Assembly (NCBI GenBank): GCA_963737085.1
Contig: CAVTRR010000005.1
Span: forward strand, 173,409 to 237,408
Source of the DNA: an uncultured delta proteobacterium
GTDB lineage: Bacteria; Myxococcota; Myxococcia; Myxococcales; Anaeromyxobacteraceae
DNA length: 64,000 bases
Direction: 5' to 3'
Shown here: piece after piece, positions 10,914 through 20,374 of the stretch
Numbering within the stretch: the stretch's first letter is position 1
Layout: each line of letters starts with the position of its first letter
Position numbers and translations under genes: made by a program
The notes under the pieces: generated by a model
The model's database searches: none
The model's input: only the letters and a program-made list of their open reading frames with translations
What the model was told of the DNA's origin: nothing

Positions 10914-12269
10914 GTGAGCGCCGGGATCGGATCGGTCGACTGCCCGGACCCGCCGGGAGCGGCCGCGCCCGCCGTGGCCGGCGTCCCGCAGGGCCTCGCC
11001 GAGCACCCGGAGGCGGCGCCCCGCCCGCGCATCAGCCTCCGCCGGAACGTGGCGTGGGCGTTCGCCGGCAACGCCGTGTACGGGGGCTGCCAGTGGGCGA
11101 TGCTGATCGTCATCGCGAAGATCGGCACCCCGGAGCTCGTCGGGCGGTTCGCGCTCTCCTTCGCCGTCACGGCGCCCGTGATGATGGCCGCGAACCTCAA
11201 CCTGCGCGGCATGCAGGCGACCGACGCCCGCCAGGCGTACGGGTTCGGCGACTACCTCGCCCTGCGCCTGGTCTCGCTGTCGCTCGCCTTCGCGTCGATC
11301 GTCGCGCTGGCCGTCCTCGTGTACCCCGGGGAGACGGGGCTCGCGATCGTGATCGTCGCGGTCGCGAAGGGCGCGGAGTCGCTGAGCGACGTCTACTTCG
11401 GGTTCATGCAGCGGCACGAGCGCATGAGCCTCATCGCCCGCTCGCACATGATCAAGGGCGTCGCGTCGGTCCTCGCGCTGGCGGTGGGGCTCCGCCTCGG
11501 GGGGACGCTGCCCTGGGCCGTCGCGGGCGTGGCCCTCGCGTGGATCGCCGTCCTCCTGCTCTACGACGTCCGCCGCGCCGGGGAGCTCGCGCGCGCCGTG
11601 GGGCGCCCGCGCCTGCGCCCGCGGTGGCGGCGGCCCGTGCTGATCTCGCTCGGGCGGCTCGCGCTCCCCCTCGGGCTGGCCGCGCTGCTCGGCTCGCTGC
11701 TCACCAACATCCCGCGCCTGTTCGTCGAGCGGCTCCTCGGGGCCCGCGAGCTCGGCTTCTTCGCGGCCGCCGGCTACCTCATCATCATCGGGGCGCGGTT
11801 CATGACCGCGCTCGGCGAGTCCGCCAGCCCGCGGCTCGCGGAGTACCACGCCCGCGGCGAGCAGGCGCGGTTCCGCCACCTCCTCCTCCGCATGGTCCTC
11901 CTCGTGGCCGGCGTGGGCGCCGCGGCCATGGCGATCGTCGCGGCCTCCGGCGAGGCCCTCCTGGCCGTCCTGTACCGCCCGGAGTACGCGACCCAGGCCG
12001 GCGTGCTGCTCGTCCTGATCCTGGGGGCGATGCTCGGGTACGCGGCCGTCCTGCTGCAGTACGCGATGACCTCGCTGCGCGCGCTGCGGGTCCAGCCCTT
12101 CGTGCTGGCCGCGGCCGCGGTCGTGACGGCGGCCGCCTGCGCGCTCCTCGTGCCGCGCCACGGGAACATGGGCGCGGCGATCGCGATGTGCCTCGGCGCC
12201 GTCGCCCAGGCCGCGGGGAACGGGTGGGCGATCCGCGCCGCCCTGCGCGGCTTCCGGAGCGCGACATGA
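10914..12269 (+). CDS. Oligosaccharide flippase (Wzx, MOP/PST family)
   Basis: LRRNVAWAFAGNAVYGGCQW, multi-TM profile, ELGFFAAAGY, PRLAEY. Start codon approximate. Confidence 0.8.
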   Translation: MSAGIGSVDCPDPPGAAAPAVAGVPQGLAEHPEAAPRPRISLRRNVAWAFAGNAVYGGCQWAMLIVIAKIGTPELVGRFALSFAVTAPVMMAANLNLRGMQATDARQAYGFGDYLALRLVSLSLAFASIVALAVLVYPGETGLAIVIVAVAKGAESLSDVYFGFMQRHERMSLIARSHMIKGVASVLALAVGLRLGGTLPWAVAGVALAWIAVLLLYDVRRAGELARAVGRPRLRPRWRRPVLISLGRLALPLGLAALLGSLLTNIPRLFVERLLGARELGFFAAAGYLIIIGARFMTALGESASPRLAEYHARGEQARFRHLLLRMVLLVAGVGAAAMAIVAASGEALLAVLYRPEYATQAGVLLVLILGAMLGYAAVLLQYAMTSLRALRVQPFVLAAAAVVTAAACALLVPRHGNMGAAIAMCLGAVAQAAGNGWAIRAALRGFRSAT

Positions 12270-13531
12270 CCGTCTCCAGGCTCGCCGGCGGCGCCTGCGG
12301 CGCGCTCGCCGCCCTGTATTTGCTGACCGGGCGGTGGACCCTGTCCCGGCTGAGCGAGGAGGCGGCGGCCCCGCGCTTCCACGACGAGCTCCGGTTCTGG
12401 GTCGTGCTGCTGCTCGTCGCGGCGTCGCTGCTCACGAGCGCCCCGCGGCTCACCTCGCCCGGCAGGCGGGGCGGGGTCGCGGTGCTGCTGCTCGCCGCGC
12501 TGTTCTACTACCTGCTCGCGTCCGCGACGTGGGCGCCCGACGCGGCGCTCGCGGGGGCCAAGGCCTACGAGGTGGCGCTCGTGGCGCTCGCCACCCTCGG
12601 CTTCGCGCGGGCGCTCGCGAGCCGCGAGTCGGAGCACGTGCTCCGGTCGATGTGGGCGGCGATCCTCGTGACGGCGGGGGCGCTCGCGGCCGTCGCGGTG
12701 GCGAGGGTGGTCGCGCTCGGCGCGACCGGCGAGCGGCTCGCGGTCCTCGGCGGGGGGCCCAACACGTTCGCGCGGATCATGGGGTACCTCGCCGTGGCCG
12801 CGCTGTTCTTCTGGACGCGGCGCGGCCGCTCGTGGGCGTTCATGCCCATCGTGTCCGTCGCGCTCGTGCTCGTCCTGCTCAGCGGCTCGCGCGGAGGCCT
12901 GGTGGCGCTGGTCGCGGCCGTCGGGGTGTTCGTCGCCCTGGAGGTGCGGCGGGCCGGCCGGCTGCTCGCGGGGGCGCTCCTCGCCGCCGCGGTCTTCGGG
13001 CTCGCCGCCAGCTACACGCAGATCGGCCGGGCGGCGGTCGAGACCTACGAGCAGCGCGTGGCGCAGCTCCTGCTCGAGGAGCAGTACACGGCGGGGCGGA
13101 CCGAGCTCTACCGCTCGGCGTACGAGCTGGCGATGAGGGAGCCGCTCTTCGGCGACGGGCTCGCGGCCTTTCCGGCGCGCGCGCTCGGCGTGTACCCGCA
13201 CAACCTGTTCCTCGAGGCGTTCTGCGAGGCGGGGCTCGTCGGCCTCGGGCTGCTCGCGCTCGCGCTCGCGGCCGGGACGGCGTCCGCGCTCCGCGGCGGC
13301 CGCGCCCCGGAGGGCGCCGCGCTCGCCGCGTTCGTCCTCGTGCTGGTGGCGAGCCAGTTCAGCGGCGACCTCTACGACAGCAGGGGCGTGTTCGCCTTCC
13401 TCGTCGCGGCCAACCTCCGCCCGGGCGCCCGGAACCCCTCCCCGGGCGAGGCGCCGGGCGTCGAGCCCGGGGACGCGGGCGCCGAGCCGGCCCCGGGGGA
13501 CGCCGCGCTCGCGGGCGACCGTCCGGTCTGA
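12266..13531 (+). CDS. O-antigen ligase/polymerase family protein (Wzy_C domain)
   Basis: ATGA overlap with wzx; about 10 TMs; GGGPNTFA, LLSGSRGG, GRTELY, PLFGDG, YPHNLFLEAFCEAGLVG. Confidence 0.85.
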   Translation: MTVSRLAGGACGALAALYLLTGRWTLSRLSEEAAAPRFHDELRFWVVLLLVAASLLTSAPRLTSPGRRGGVAVLLLAALFYYLLASATWAPDAALAGAKAYEVALVALATLGFARALASRESEHVLRSMWAAILVTAGALAAVAVARVVALGATGERLAVLGGGPNTFARIMGYLAVAALFFWTRRGRSWAFMPIVSVALVLVLLSGSRGGLVALVAAVGVFVALEVRRAGRLLAGALLAAAVFGLAASYTQIGRAAVETYEQRVAQLLLEEQYTAGRTELYRSAYELAMREPLFGDGLAAFPARALGVYPHNLFLEAFCEAGLVGLGLLALALAAGTASALRGGRAPEGAALAAFVLVLVASQFSGDLYDSRGVFAFLVAANLRPGARNPSPGEAPGVEPGDAGAEPAPGDAALAGDRPV

Positions 13532-13541
13532 GCCGTCACCT

Positions 13542-14819
13542 TCAGGCGGGGGTGGCCGGGCGCGGGCCGCCGGCGAGCGGGGGCGCCGGCGCGGGCATGC
13601 GGGCCTGCCGCCCGACCGCGCGCACGAGGACGCCCTCCAGCTCGCGCGTGAGCGCGTCGCGGGCGTAGCGGGACTCGGCGAGCGCGCGGGCCGCGCGCCC
13701 CATCGCCTGCCGCCCCGCCGGATCCCGCTCGAGCGCCCGCAGCGCGCCGGCGAACGAGGCCGGCGAGCGGGGGTCGGCGGACAGGCCCGCGCCCGTCTCC
13801 CGGAGCACCCCGGCCATCCAGCCGCCGTAGTTCAGGAGCACGGGGCGGCCGGCGGCGAGCACGTCGAAGAACTTGTTGGCCGAGTTGGTCTCGAGGAGCG
13901 GCAGCGGCGCGACCGTCACGAGGCCGACGTCGGCGGCGGCGAGCCACAGCGGGATGTCGCGCTTGGGCACCGGCGGGTGCAGCGAGACCGAGCGGATGCC
14001 CTCCGCGCGGGCCCGGGCCTCCAGCCGGCGCGCCTCGATGCCGTCGCCGAGCAGCACGATCCGCACGTCGCGCGCGCCCGCGGCGTCGAGCGCCTTCCCC
14101 GCGTCGAGGACGTAGTCGAGCCCGTTGACGCGGCCCATCGCCCCGGCGTGGACCGCGACGAGCTTCCCGGTCCAGCCCATGCGCTCGCGGAACGCCTCGC
14201 GCTGCGCCTCGACGGCGGGGGTCGCGAACGCGTCGGTGTCGGCGAAGTTCGGGATCACGGTGAGGCGCGAGGCGTCCACGCCCCAGTCGTCGCGGATGAC
14301 GCGCGCCATGTCGGGCGAGAGCGCGACCACCTCCGCCGCCGCGCCGTAGATGCGCCTCGCCATGAGCCGCGCCCCCCAGCGCAGCAGGGGCGTCGGCAGG
14401 GCGCCGAACACGATCGGGATCTCGGGCCACAGATCGCGCACCTCGAACACGAACGGGACGCGGTGATGGGCGGCGGCGACGCGCCCCACCTCGCCGACCG
14501 TGAGCGGGGTGGAGCTGGCGAACACGACGTCGGGCCGCGGGAGCCGCCGGGCGGTGCGGATCGCCCAGCGCATGTACCGCGCGAACACGGCCATGCGCCG
14601 CGCGTACGAGCCGCTCTGGTAGACGACCGGCGACCGGATGACCTCGATCCCGGCCTCCCGCGCGTCGTCGTCCGACCGCGGCGTGTCGGTGTGGGTGCCG
14701 CACAGCAGCGTCACGCGGTGGCCGGAGTCGGTGAGCCGCTGCGCGACCGCGAAGGGCCGGATGCTGCCCCGGACGGCGTCGCGCGGGAAGAAGTGCTGGA
14801 CGACGTAGAGGACGTTCAT
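13542..14819 (-). CDS. Glycosyltransferase family 4 (WbuB-like)
   Basis: MNVLYVVQHFFP, FEVRDLWPE, VIPNFAD, HAGAMGRVNGL, NKFFDVLAAGRPV. Confidence 0.88.
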   Translation of the reverse strand: MNVLYVVQHFFPRDAVRGSIRPFAVAQRLTDSGHRVTLLCGTHTDTPRSDDDAREAGIEVIRSPVVYQSGSYARRMAVFARYMRWAIRTARRLPRPDVVFASSTPLTVGEVGRVAAAHHRVPFVFEVRDLWPEIPIVFGALPTPLLRWGARLMARRIYGAAAEVVALSPDMARVIRDDWGVDASRLTVIPNFADTDAFATPAVEAQREAFRERMGWTGKLVAVHAGAMGRVNGLDYVLDAGKALDAAGARDVRIVLLGDGIEARRLEARARAEGIRSVSLHPPVPKRDIPLWLAAADVGLVTVAPLPLLETNSANKFFDVLAAGRPVLLNYGGWMAGVLRETGAGLSADPRSPASFAGALRALERDPAGRQAMGRAARALAESRYARDALTRELEGVLVRAVGRQARMPAPAPPLAGGPRPATPA

Positions 14820-15040
14820 GGCCCACCCCGGTGGTGCGGTGAGCCGTGGGGGCCCCCGCCGGCCCCTCGAACGGGCCCGCGGGCTGAATGTAGGGACACG
14901 CCCGGCGCTGTCGCGAACTCCGAACGGGCAGCGATCCCGCGGCCCTCCCGGGCGCAGCCGGTCCCCGGAAAGGCACCTGGCCCCCCGCGGCGGCGCGCGG
15001 GAGGCCAGGCGTGGCGTGAAGTCGGGCGCCGTGGACCGCG

Positions 15041-16978
15041 CTACCGGCCGTTCAGGATCCGGGCGTTGAGCGCCCCGTTCCCGTAGAGCTGCATCCCCCT
15101 GCCCACCGCGTGGGTCTCGAGGCGCTTCTGGACGGTGGCGTCGTAGCGGCCGAGCTTGCAGAACCCGTCGTTGAACCAGCCGTTGCCGGTGCCGCTCCCG
15201 TCCACGTACTGGGCGTAGCGGTAGCCGGTCGAGGTGGGGATCCAGACCTTGTTCAGGAGCGTCCGCGTGATCGCCCGCATGTCCGTCGCCGTCCACTCGA
15301 TCCCGAGGGCGTTCGCCTCGACGAGGTAGGCGACGAGGTTGTTCCCGTGGCTCACGTCCTGCCCCGGCGCGGCGAGGGAGCCCCAGACGTCGCTCCAGAA
15401 GTACGCCGCCGTATCGCCGCTCGCGGGCTTCATCTGCTGCCGCAGCGACGACGCGTAGTTGGGCAGGTGCAGGTTGATGTTGTCGAGCACGGTCCGGTAC
15501 TTCGCCCGCTCGACGGTGTCGGCCGTGAGGGTCCACAGGTCCGCCGCGATGAACGCCCAGTGCGCCGCCATGTGGGTCCTGGAGCGGTAGATGTTCTCGT
15601 TGGCGCCGCGCTTCGACCACTTGTCGAAGACGTTGACCTTCGTGAACGCCAGCACGTCGTCGTAGGTCTTGCGGTACGCGGGGTCGGCGTAGACGGCGGC
15701 GTTGCCGCGCATCGCCCTGAGCAGCTTCGTCACGTACCGGAAGCAGTAGCTCTCGTAGAGCGGGTACTCGCCCCCGGCGATGCTCGGATCGGTCGGGTGG
15801 TCCCACGCGCCCCAGCCCAGGTACCCGTCCTTGTACTGGCTCGCGGCGAGCGAGGACGAGGGCACCGCGCTGGCCATCACGTTGCGCACGTAGAGGAGCG
15901 CCCGGTCGAGGTACTTCGTGTTCCCCGTCGCCTCGAACATCGCGGTGAGGCCGTCGATGCCGTAGGCGAGGTTGTAGTACCGCCAGCTGTTCCCGGACGT
16001 GCTGAGCGGGAGGTACGTGTTCAGGTGCTCGTTCTCCCAGCTCCCCAGGAACAGGCTCTCCCACTGCGCCACCGTCCGGAGGCTCGGATCGACGGGCGTC
16101 GTCGTCGTGGGCGGCGGGAGGACCGGGGCGGTCACGGTCATCGCGGCGGCCGCCTGCTTCGTCGGGTCCGCGCTGCTCGTGGCGGTGACCCGGTACGTGC
16201 CGGCCGTCGCGGGGGCGGTGTAGAGCCCGGCGGCGCTGACGCTGCCGCCGCCGGAGGCGACGGACCACGTCACGGCGACGTTCGCCGAGCCCGTCACCGA
16301 CGCGGCGAGCTGGAGGCTGGTGCCGGTCTCGATCGACGCCGTCTGCGGCGTGACCGCGACGGCGACGGTCGGGGCGGGCGGCGGCGCGGCGGGCGGCGCG
16401 GTCACCGTGACGGCGGCCTGGTCCGACCTCGCGGGATCCGCCGCGCTCGTCGCGACGACGTGGTAGGTCCCGGCGGTCTGCGGCGCGGTGTACACGCCCG
16501 CCGGGGTGACGGCGCCGCCCGCGTCGCCCTCGGCGACGCTCCAGGAGACCACCTTCTGGTCGCCCGTCACGCTCGCCGCGAGCGCGAGCGACTGGCCCGG
16601 CGCGATCGTCGCGGCGCTCGGGCTCACGTCCACGCGGACGTTCCGCTTGACGCGCACCGCGGTGGACTGCGTGGTCGCGAGGGAGCGGAACGACGCGAGG
16701 ATCGTGTAGGCCCCCTCGCCGTCGGGCGCCGTGTAGGCGCCGCTCGGGTCGATGGTGCCGCCCCCCGGCTCGAGGACGGTCCACTCGACGTCCGTGTCCA
16801 CCGTCCCGGCGACCTGCGCGACGAAGTCGATCGTGCCGCCGGGCTCCACCTCGGGAGAGGCGGGCGTGACGGCCGTGAGCAGCTCGGCGGCGTCCCCTGC
16901 GGGGCCGCCACACGCGGACAGCGTCGTGAGGAGGGCTGCGAGACCAAGCATGGCTGAGACGCGGCGCAGTATCGTCAT
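15041..16978 (-). CDS. Lipoprotein with three Ig-like (Big_2-type) repeats and an aromatic-rich, probably alpha/alpha C-terminal domain
   Basis: Signal peptide with lipobox LSAC; three repeats of V-x-P...V-x-W-x-V...G-x-YTAP...G-x-Y; Pro/Thr linkers; C-terminal ~330 aa with MFEATGNTKYLDRA. Confidence 0.75.
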   Translation of the reverse strand: MTILRRVSAMLGLAALLTTLSACGGPAGDAAELLTAVTPASPEVEPGGTIDFVAQVAGTVDTDVEWTVLEPGGGTIDPSGAYTAPDGEGAYTILASFRSLATTQSTAVRVKRNVRVDVSPSAATIAPGQSLALAASVTGDQKVVSWSVAEGDAGGAVTPAGVYTAPQTAGTYHVVATSAADPARSDQAAVTVTAPPAAPPPAPTVAVAVTPQTASIETGTSLQLAASVTGSANVAVTWSVASGGGSVSAAGLYTAPATAGTYRVTATSSADPTKQAAAAMTVTAPVLPPPTTTTPVDPSLRTVAQWESLFLGSWENEHLNTYLPLSTSGNSWRYYNLAYGIDGLTAMFEATGNTKYLDRALLYVRNVMASAVPSSSLAASQYKDGYLGWGAWDHPTDPSIAGGEYPLYESYCFRYVTKLLRAMRGNAAVYADPAYRKTYDDVLAFTKVNVFDKWSKRGANENIYRSRTHMAAHWAFIAADLWTLTADTVERAKYRTVLDNINLHLPNYASSLRQQMKPASGDTAAYFWSDVWGSLAAPGQDVSHGNNLVAYLVEANALGIEWTATDMRAITRTLLNKVWIPTSTGYRYAQYVDGSGTGNGWFNDGFCKLGRYDATVQKRLETHAVGRGMQLYGNGALNARILNGR

Positions 16979-17389
16979 CCGTAGCCTTTCGTGGGAGGGC
17001 TCGTGAGGCACGAGGTCGCTCGCCCGCCAGACCACCCCCGGGCATCCCGGGAGCACGCTGCTCGGACGTTGGAGGGCACGCTCTCAGACCGGACGAGATG
17101 GCGGCCGCTCTGTCCCACAAACGGAGGACGCGGGGCGGGTTATTCCCTGTTCGGGTCTAAACCCATCCAGGCCACCGTAATCGCGTAATTTCGAGGGGTT
17201 GCGCGCGTGCGGGGCTGGATCCGACGCGCAGGCGGCGGTCGGGCCGGCCTCGGAGGCGTCGGGCGCGCGGGCGACGCCCGGCCGGGCGAGGCCGAAAGGA
17301 ACGGTCAGCGGATGGGGCGCCCGGAGGGCGGTCGTGGAGGGGAGCCGTCCCGGCTCGACCCTCCGCGCGGGTCTGGCGGGTCTACGCTG

Positions 17390-18028
17390 CTACAGGTTCC
17401 GCCAGGACCGCCCCAGCACGCTGTACGCCGTGAGGAGGCGCTGCACCTGGAACCCGAGCGCGAGCAGCCCGTTCAGCGAGACGATGTTGTCCTTCCGGAC
17501 GTAGGTGTGGCACGTGCGGAAGCCCTCGTCCCTCGCCATCGAGAGCACGTGGTGCTTCAGCGTCGGGAAGGTCCCGAGCCCTCGGAAGCGAGGGTAGATG
17601 AACACGTTCTCGGTCAGGACCTCCCGCTCGCGGAGCGGGTAGAAGACGTGCCGGAAGTGCCGCTCGAGGAGCGGGTTCTCCCGGGGCCGGACGAGCCACT
17701 GCATCGCCACGAGGTCGCCGCGCTCGGTCCGCCCGAGGTAGCACCCCGAGAAGCCCCGCCTGAAGAAGAGGACGCGGGTCACGAGCTCCCTGCGCGACTC
17801 CGCGTCGAGCGCGGGGAGGCCCCGCTCGATCTCGGCGAAGTCGTCCGCCGTCGCCTGCGCGAAGCGGAGGTCCGTCCGCAGCCGCGGGAAGCGGACGCGG
17901 GCGAGCGGCGCCGTCAGGTGGAAGAAGTGGTCGACCCAGGCGATCCGCTTCAACGCGTACAGGGCAGGGGTCCGGACCCCCAGGTTCGAGGTGACGAACC
18001 GCACCCTGTCGAGCGAGGTGGCGATCAT
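17390..18028 (-). CDS. GNAT family N-acyltransferase
   Basis: GGAGG SD; acyl-CoA-binding motif VFIYPRFRGLG and DNIVSLNGLLALGF. Confidence 0.75.
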   Translation of the reverse strand: MIATSLDRVRFVTSNLGVRTPALYALKRIAWVDHFFHLTAPLARVRFPRLRTDLRFAQATADDFAEIERGLPALDAESRRELVTRVLFFRRGFSGCYLGRTERGDLVAMQWLVRPRENPLLERHFRHVFYPLREREVLTENVFIYPRFRGLGTFPTLKHHVLSMARDEGFRTCHTYVRKDNIVSLNGLLALGFQVQRLLTAYSVLGRSWRNL

Positions 18029-18062
18029 CAGGACCTCCAGGGGACGCGCCGGCAGTCTCGGC

Positions 18063-18338
18063 TCAGCCCGCCGGCAGCACCTGCGCCGCCTCCCGGTCGC
18101 GGAGCTTCCGGTCCACGAACGCGGCGATCCGCCGGATGGACTCGAGGTTCTCGGGGACCGTCTCCTCGTCCCCGACGCGGATCCCGAACTCGGCCTCCAG
18201 GAACGCGATGATCTCGAGCATCCCGGTCGAGTCCACGATCCCGCTCGGGACGAGCGGGGTGTCGTCGGTGAGCTCCGCCGGATCGCTCACGTAGAAGTTC
18301 TCGACGACGAACAGGCCCACGCGCTGCTGGATGTTCAT
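18063..18338 (-). CDS. Acyl carrier protein
   Basis: 91 aa, acidic, GIVDSTGMLEII with the phosphopantetheine Ser, EAEFGI, ENLESI. Confidence 0.9.
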   Translation of the reverse strand: MNIQQRVGLFVVENFYVSDPAELTDDTPLVPSGIVDSTGMLEIIAFLEAEFGIRVGDEETVPENLESIRRIAAFVDRKLRDREAAQVLPAG

Positions 18339-20371
18339 GCTGCCCCCTCCGCGGCCTCCGCGGCCGCGCCTGCGTCCTGCCCCGGCAACCTATCGACGAA
18401 CGTGCTGAACTCCACCGGCTCGACCCGCGAAGGCGGGCGCCGGACGAGCTGCTCGTGCAGGAGCGCCGTGGAGAGCACGCCGACGAGCGCCATGTTGTCG
18501 GCGTTCGAGAGCGGCTCGCCGGAGGCGGCCTCCCGGCACTTCCGCCACAGCCGGCCGACCGCGAACGGATCGAAGACGCCCGCGTCCTCCAGCGCGCGCT
18601 CGCCGACGAGGTCGGCCACCCAGTCCGGGGACCCCCGCCCCACGAAGGAGAGCGCGTCGGGGGCGCGGTAGGGCTGCTTCGGCCGGCGCAGGATCTCGTC
18701 GGGCACGAGGCCGCGCGCGGCCCGCTTGAGCACGTGCTTCTCGTCGAGGCCGCGGAGCTTGAACGAGGCCGGCAGCGCGTTCGCGAGCTCGACGACGTCG
18801 GGATCGAGGAACGGAAAGCGGCCCTCGACCGAGTGGGCCATCAGCATCCGGTCGCCCTGGGAGGAGAGCAGGTACCCGGAGAGGAGCGTGCGCGCCTCGA
18901 GGTACTGGTCCTGCGCGAGGGGGTCCCAGCCGCCGAAGTCGCCGGGCAGCGAGGCGAGGAGCCGCCCGACCACGTCCGTGCGCCCGAGCTCGTCGCGCAG
19001 CTCGGCCCGGAAGAACCGCTGCAGCGCGGCCGCGGAGCGCCAGCGGGGCAGGTGCGCGAAGCCGGGGGCCGCCCACGCCTCGAGCTCGCGCCCGAAGAAC
19101 GCGCGCGCCATCGAGCGCTGCGCCACGGGCGACCGGGCGAGGTACGGGTAGAGGCGCTCCAGCAGCCGCGGGCGCAAGGTCGAGGCGGGCTGCCGCCCCC
19201 AGAAGCGCCGGACCCGGCCCTCGCGGAAGAGGTCGTACCCGGCGAACATCTCGTCGGCCCCCTCGCCGGTGAGGACGACCTTGATCCCGGCGTCGCGCAC
19301 GAGCCGCGACAGGAGGAAGAGCGGCGCCGCCGCGGTGCGGAGGAGCGGGCGCTCCGCGTGCGCGACCACGTCGGGGAAGGCGGCGGCGATGTCCGCGCGG
19401 CGCACGACGATCTCGCGGTGGTCGCTCGCGATGCGCGCCACGACGGCGCGCTGGAAGGCGGTCTCGTCGTACTCCGCGTCCTCGAAGCGGACCGAGAACG
19501 TGCAGAAGCTCTCGCCCTTCACGCGCCGTCCCAGCGCCGCCACGAGCGAGCTGTCGAGGCCGCCGGAGAGGTAGCTGCCCACCGGCACGTCCGCGCGCAG
19601 CATGCGCAGGCGGACCGCCTCCTCGAGCGCGGCCCGGACGCGCTCCGACGCCTCCTCGATCGTGCCGGTCGAGGGCTGGCCGGCGGCCGGGTAGCGCGGC
19701 GTCCAGAAGGCGCGGTCCTCGCTGCCGCGCGCCGACACCTTGCGCAGGTGGCCGGGCTCGAGCTCGGTGACGCCGCGGAACACGGACTGCGGCGGCACCA
19801 CCGTCCAGAAGGTGAAGGTCTCGGCGAGCCCCACCGGATCCAGCGCGCGGGGGATGGAGGGGTCGCCGGCGAAGATCGCCTTCACCTCGCTCGCGAACCA
19901 GAGGCGCCCGCCGTGCTCGCAGAGGTAGAGCGGCCGGACGCCCAGCCGGTCGCGCGCGAGGACGAGCGTCTCGCGGCGGGCGTCCCAGAGCGCGATCGCG
20001 AACTGGCCGTTGAACCGCTCGAACGCGCGCTCGCCCCAGGCCTCCCAGGCGTGGACGATCACCTCGGTGTCGCTGCGGGTCCGGAGGCGGTGGCCGAGCG
20101 CCCGGAGCTCCTCGCGCAGCTCGACGTAGTTGAAGATCTCGCCGTTGAAGACGATCCAGAGCGAGCCGTCCTCGTTGCAGAGCGGCTGCTGGCCGGTGGC
20201 GAGATCGATGATCGAGAGGCGGGCGTGCCCCAGCGCGGCGCGGCGGTCGCGGTAGAGGCCGAACTCGTCCGGGCCGCGGTGCCGCAGCGCCCCCACCATC
20301 GCGGCGGCGTCCGCGAGGGCGGGCGGCGGGACGTCGTCGCGCAGCGCGACCGAGCCGGCGACGCCGCACAT
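18335..20371 (-). CDS. asnB: Asparagine synthase (glutamine-hydrolysing)-like amidotransferase
   Basis: N-terminal MCG nucleophile, RHRGPD, HARLSIID, FNGEIFN, SDTEV, YLSGGLDSS, VVLTGEGADE, SVEGRFPFLD. Confidence 0.92.
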   Translation of the reverse strand: MCGVAGSVALRDDVPPPALADAAAMVGALRHRGPDEFGLYRDRRAALGHARLSIIDLATGQQPLCNEDGSLWIVFNGEIFNYVELREELRALGHRLRTRSDTEVIVHAWEAWGERAFERFNGQFAIALWDARRETLVLARDRLGVRPLYLCEHGGRLWFASEVKAIFAGDPSIPRALDPVGLAETFTFWTVVPPQSVFRGVTELEPGHLRKVSARGSEDRAFWTPRYPAAGQPSTGTIEEASERVRAALEEAVRLRMLRADVPVGSYLSGGLDSSLVAALGRRVKGESFCTFSVRFEDAEYDETAFQRAVVARIASDHREIVVRRADIAAAFPDVVAHAERPLLRTAAAPLFLLSRLVRDAGIKVVLTGEGADEMFAGYDLFREGRVRRFWGRQPASTLRPRLLERLYPYLARSPVAQRSMARAFFGRELEAWAAPGFAHLPRWRSAAALQRFFRAELRDELGRTDVVGRLLASLPGDFGGWDPLAQDQYLEARTLLSGYLLSSQGDRMLMAHSVEGRFPFLDPDVVELANALPASFKLRGLDEKHVLKRAARGLVPDEILRRPKQPYRAPDALSFVGRGSPDWVADLVGERALEDAGVFDPFAVGRLWRKCREAASGEPLSNADNMALVGVLSTALLHEQLVRRPPSRVEPVEFSTFVDRLPGQDAGAAAEAAEGAA

Positions 20372-20374
20372 CGG

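Noticed and set aside
10810-10917. Short ORF (MWPPNRHDG...) overlapping the wzx GTG as a possible leader peptide
   Set aside because: No convincing SD or motif; chance occurrence is likely.
15900-16900. Repeated DNA segments in the Ig-domain gene as a possible array
   Set aside because: These are degenerate protein-domain repeats, not identical repeats with spacers; no CRISPR array or cas gene was seen.
17113-17164. CACAAAC...GGACGC...GGTCTAAACC, reminiscent of a c-di-GMP-I (GEMM) riboswitch
   Set aside because: The GNRA-capped P2 hairpin is missing and no plus-strand gene lies downstream. An Rfam search would settle it.
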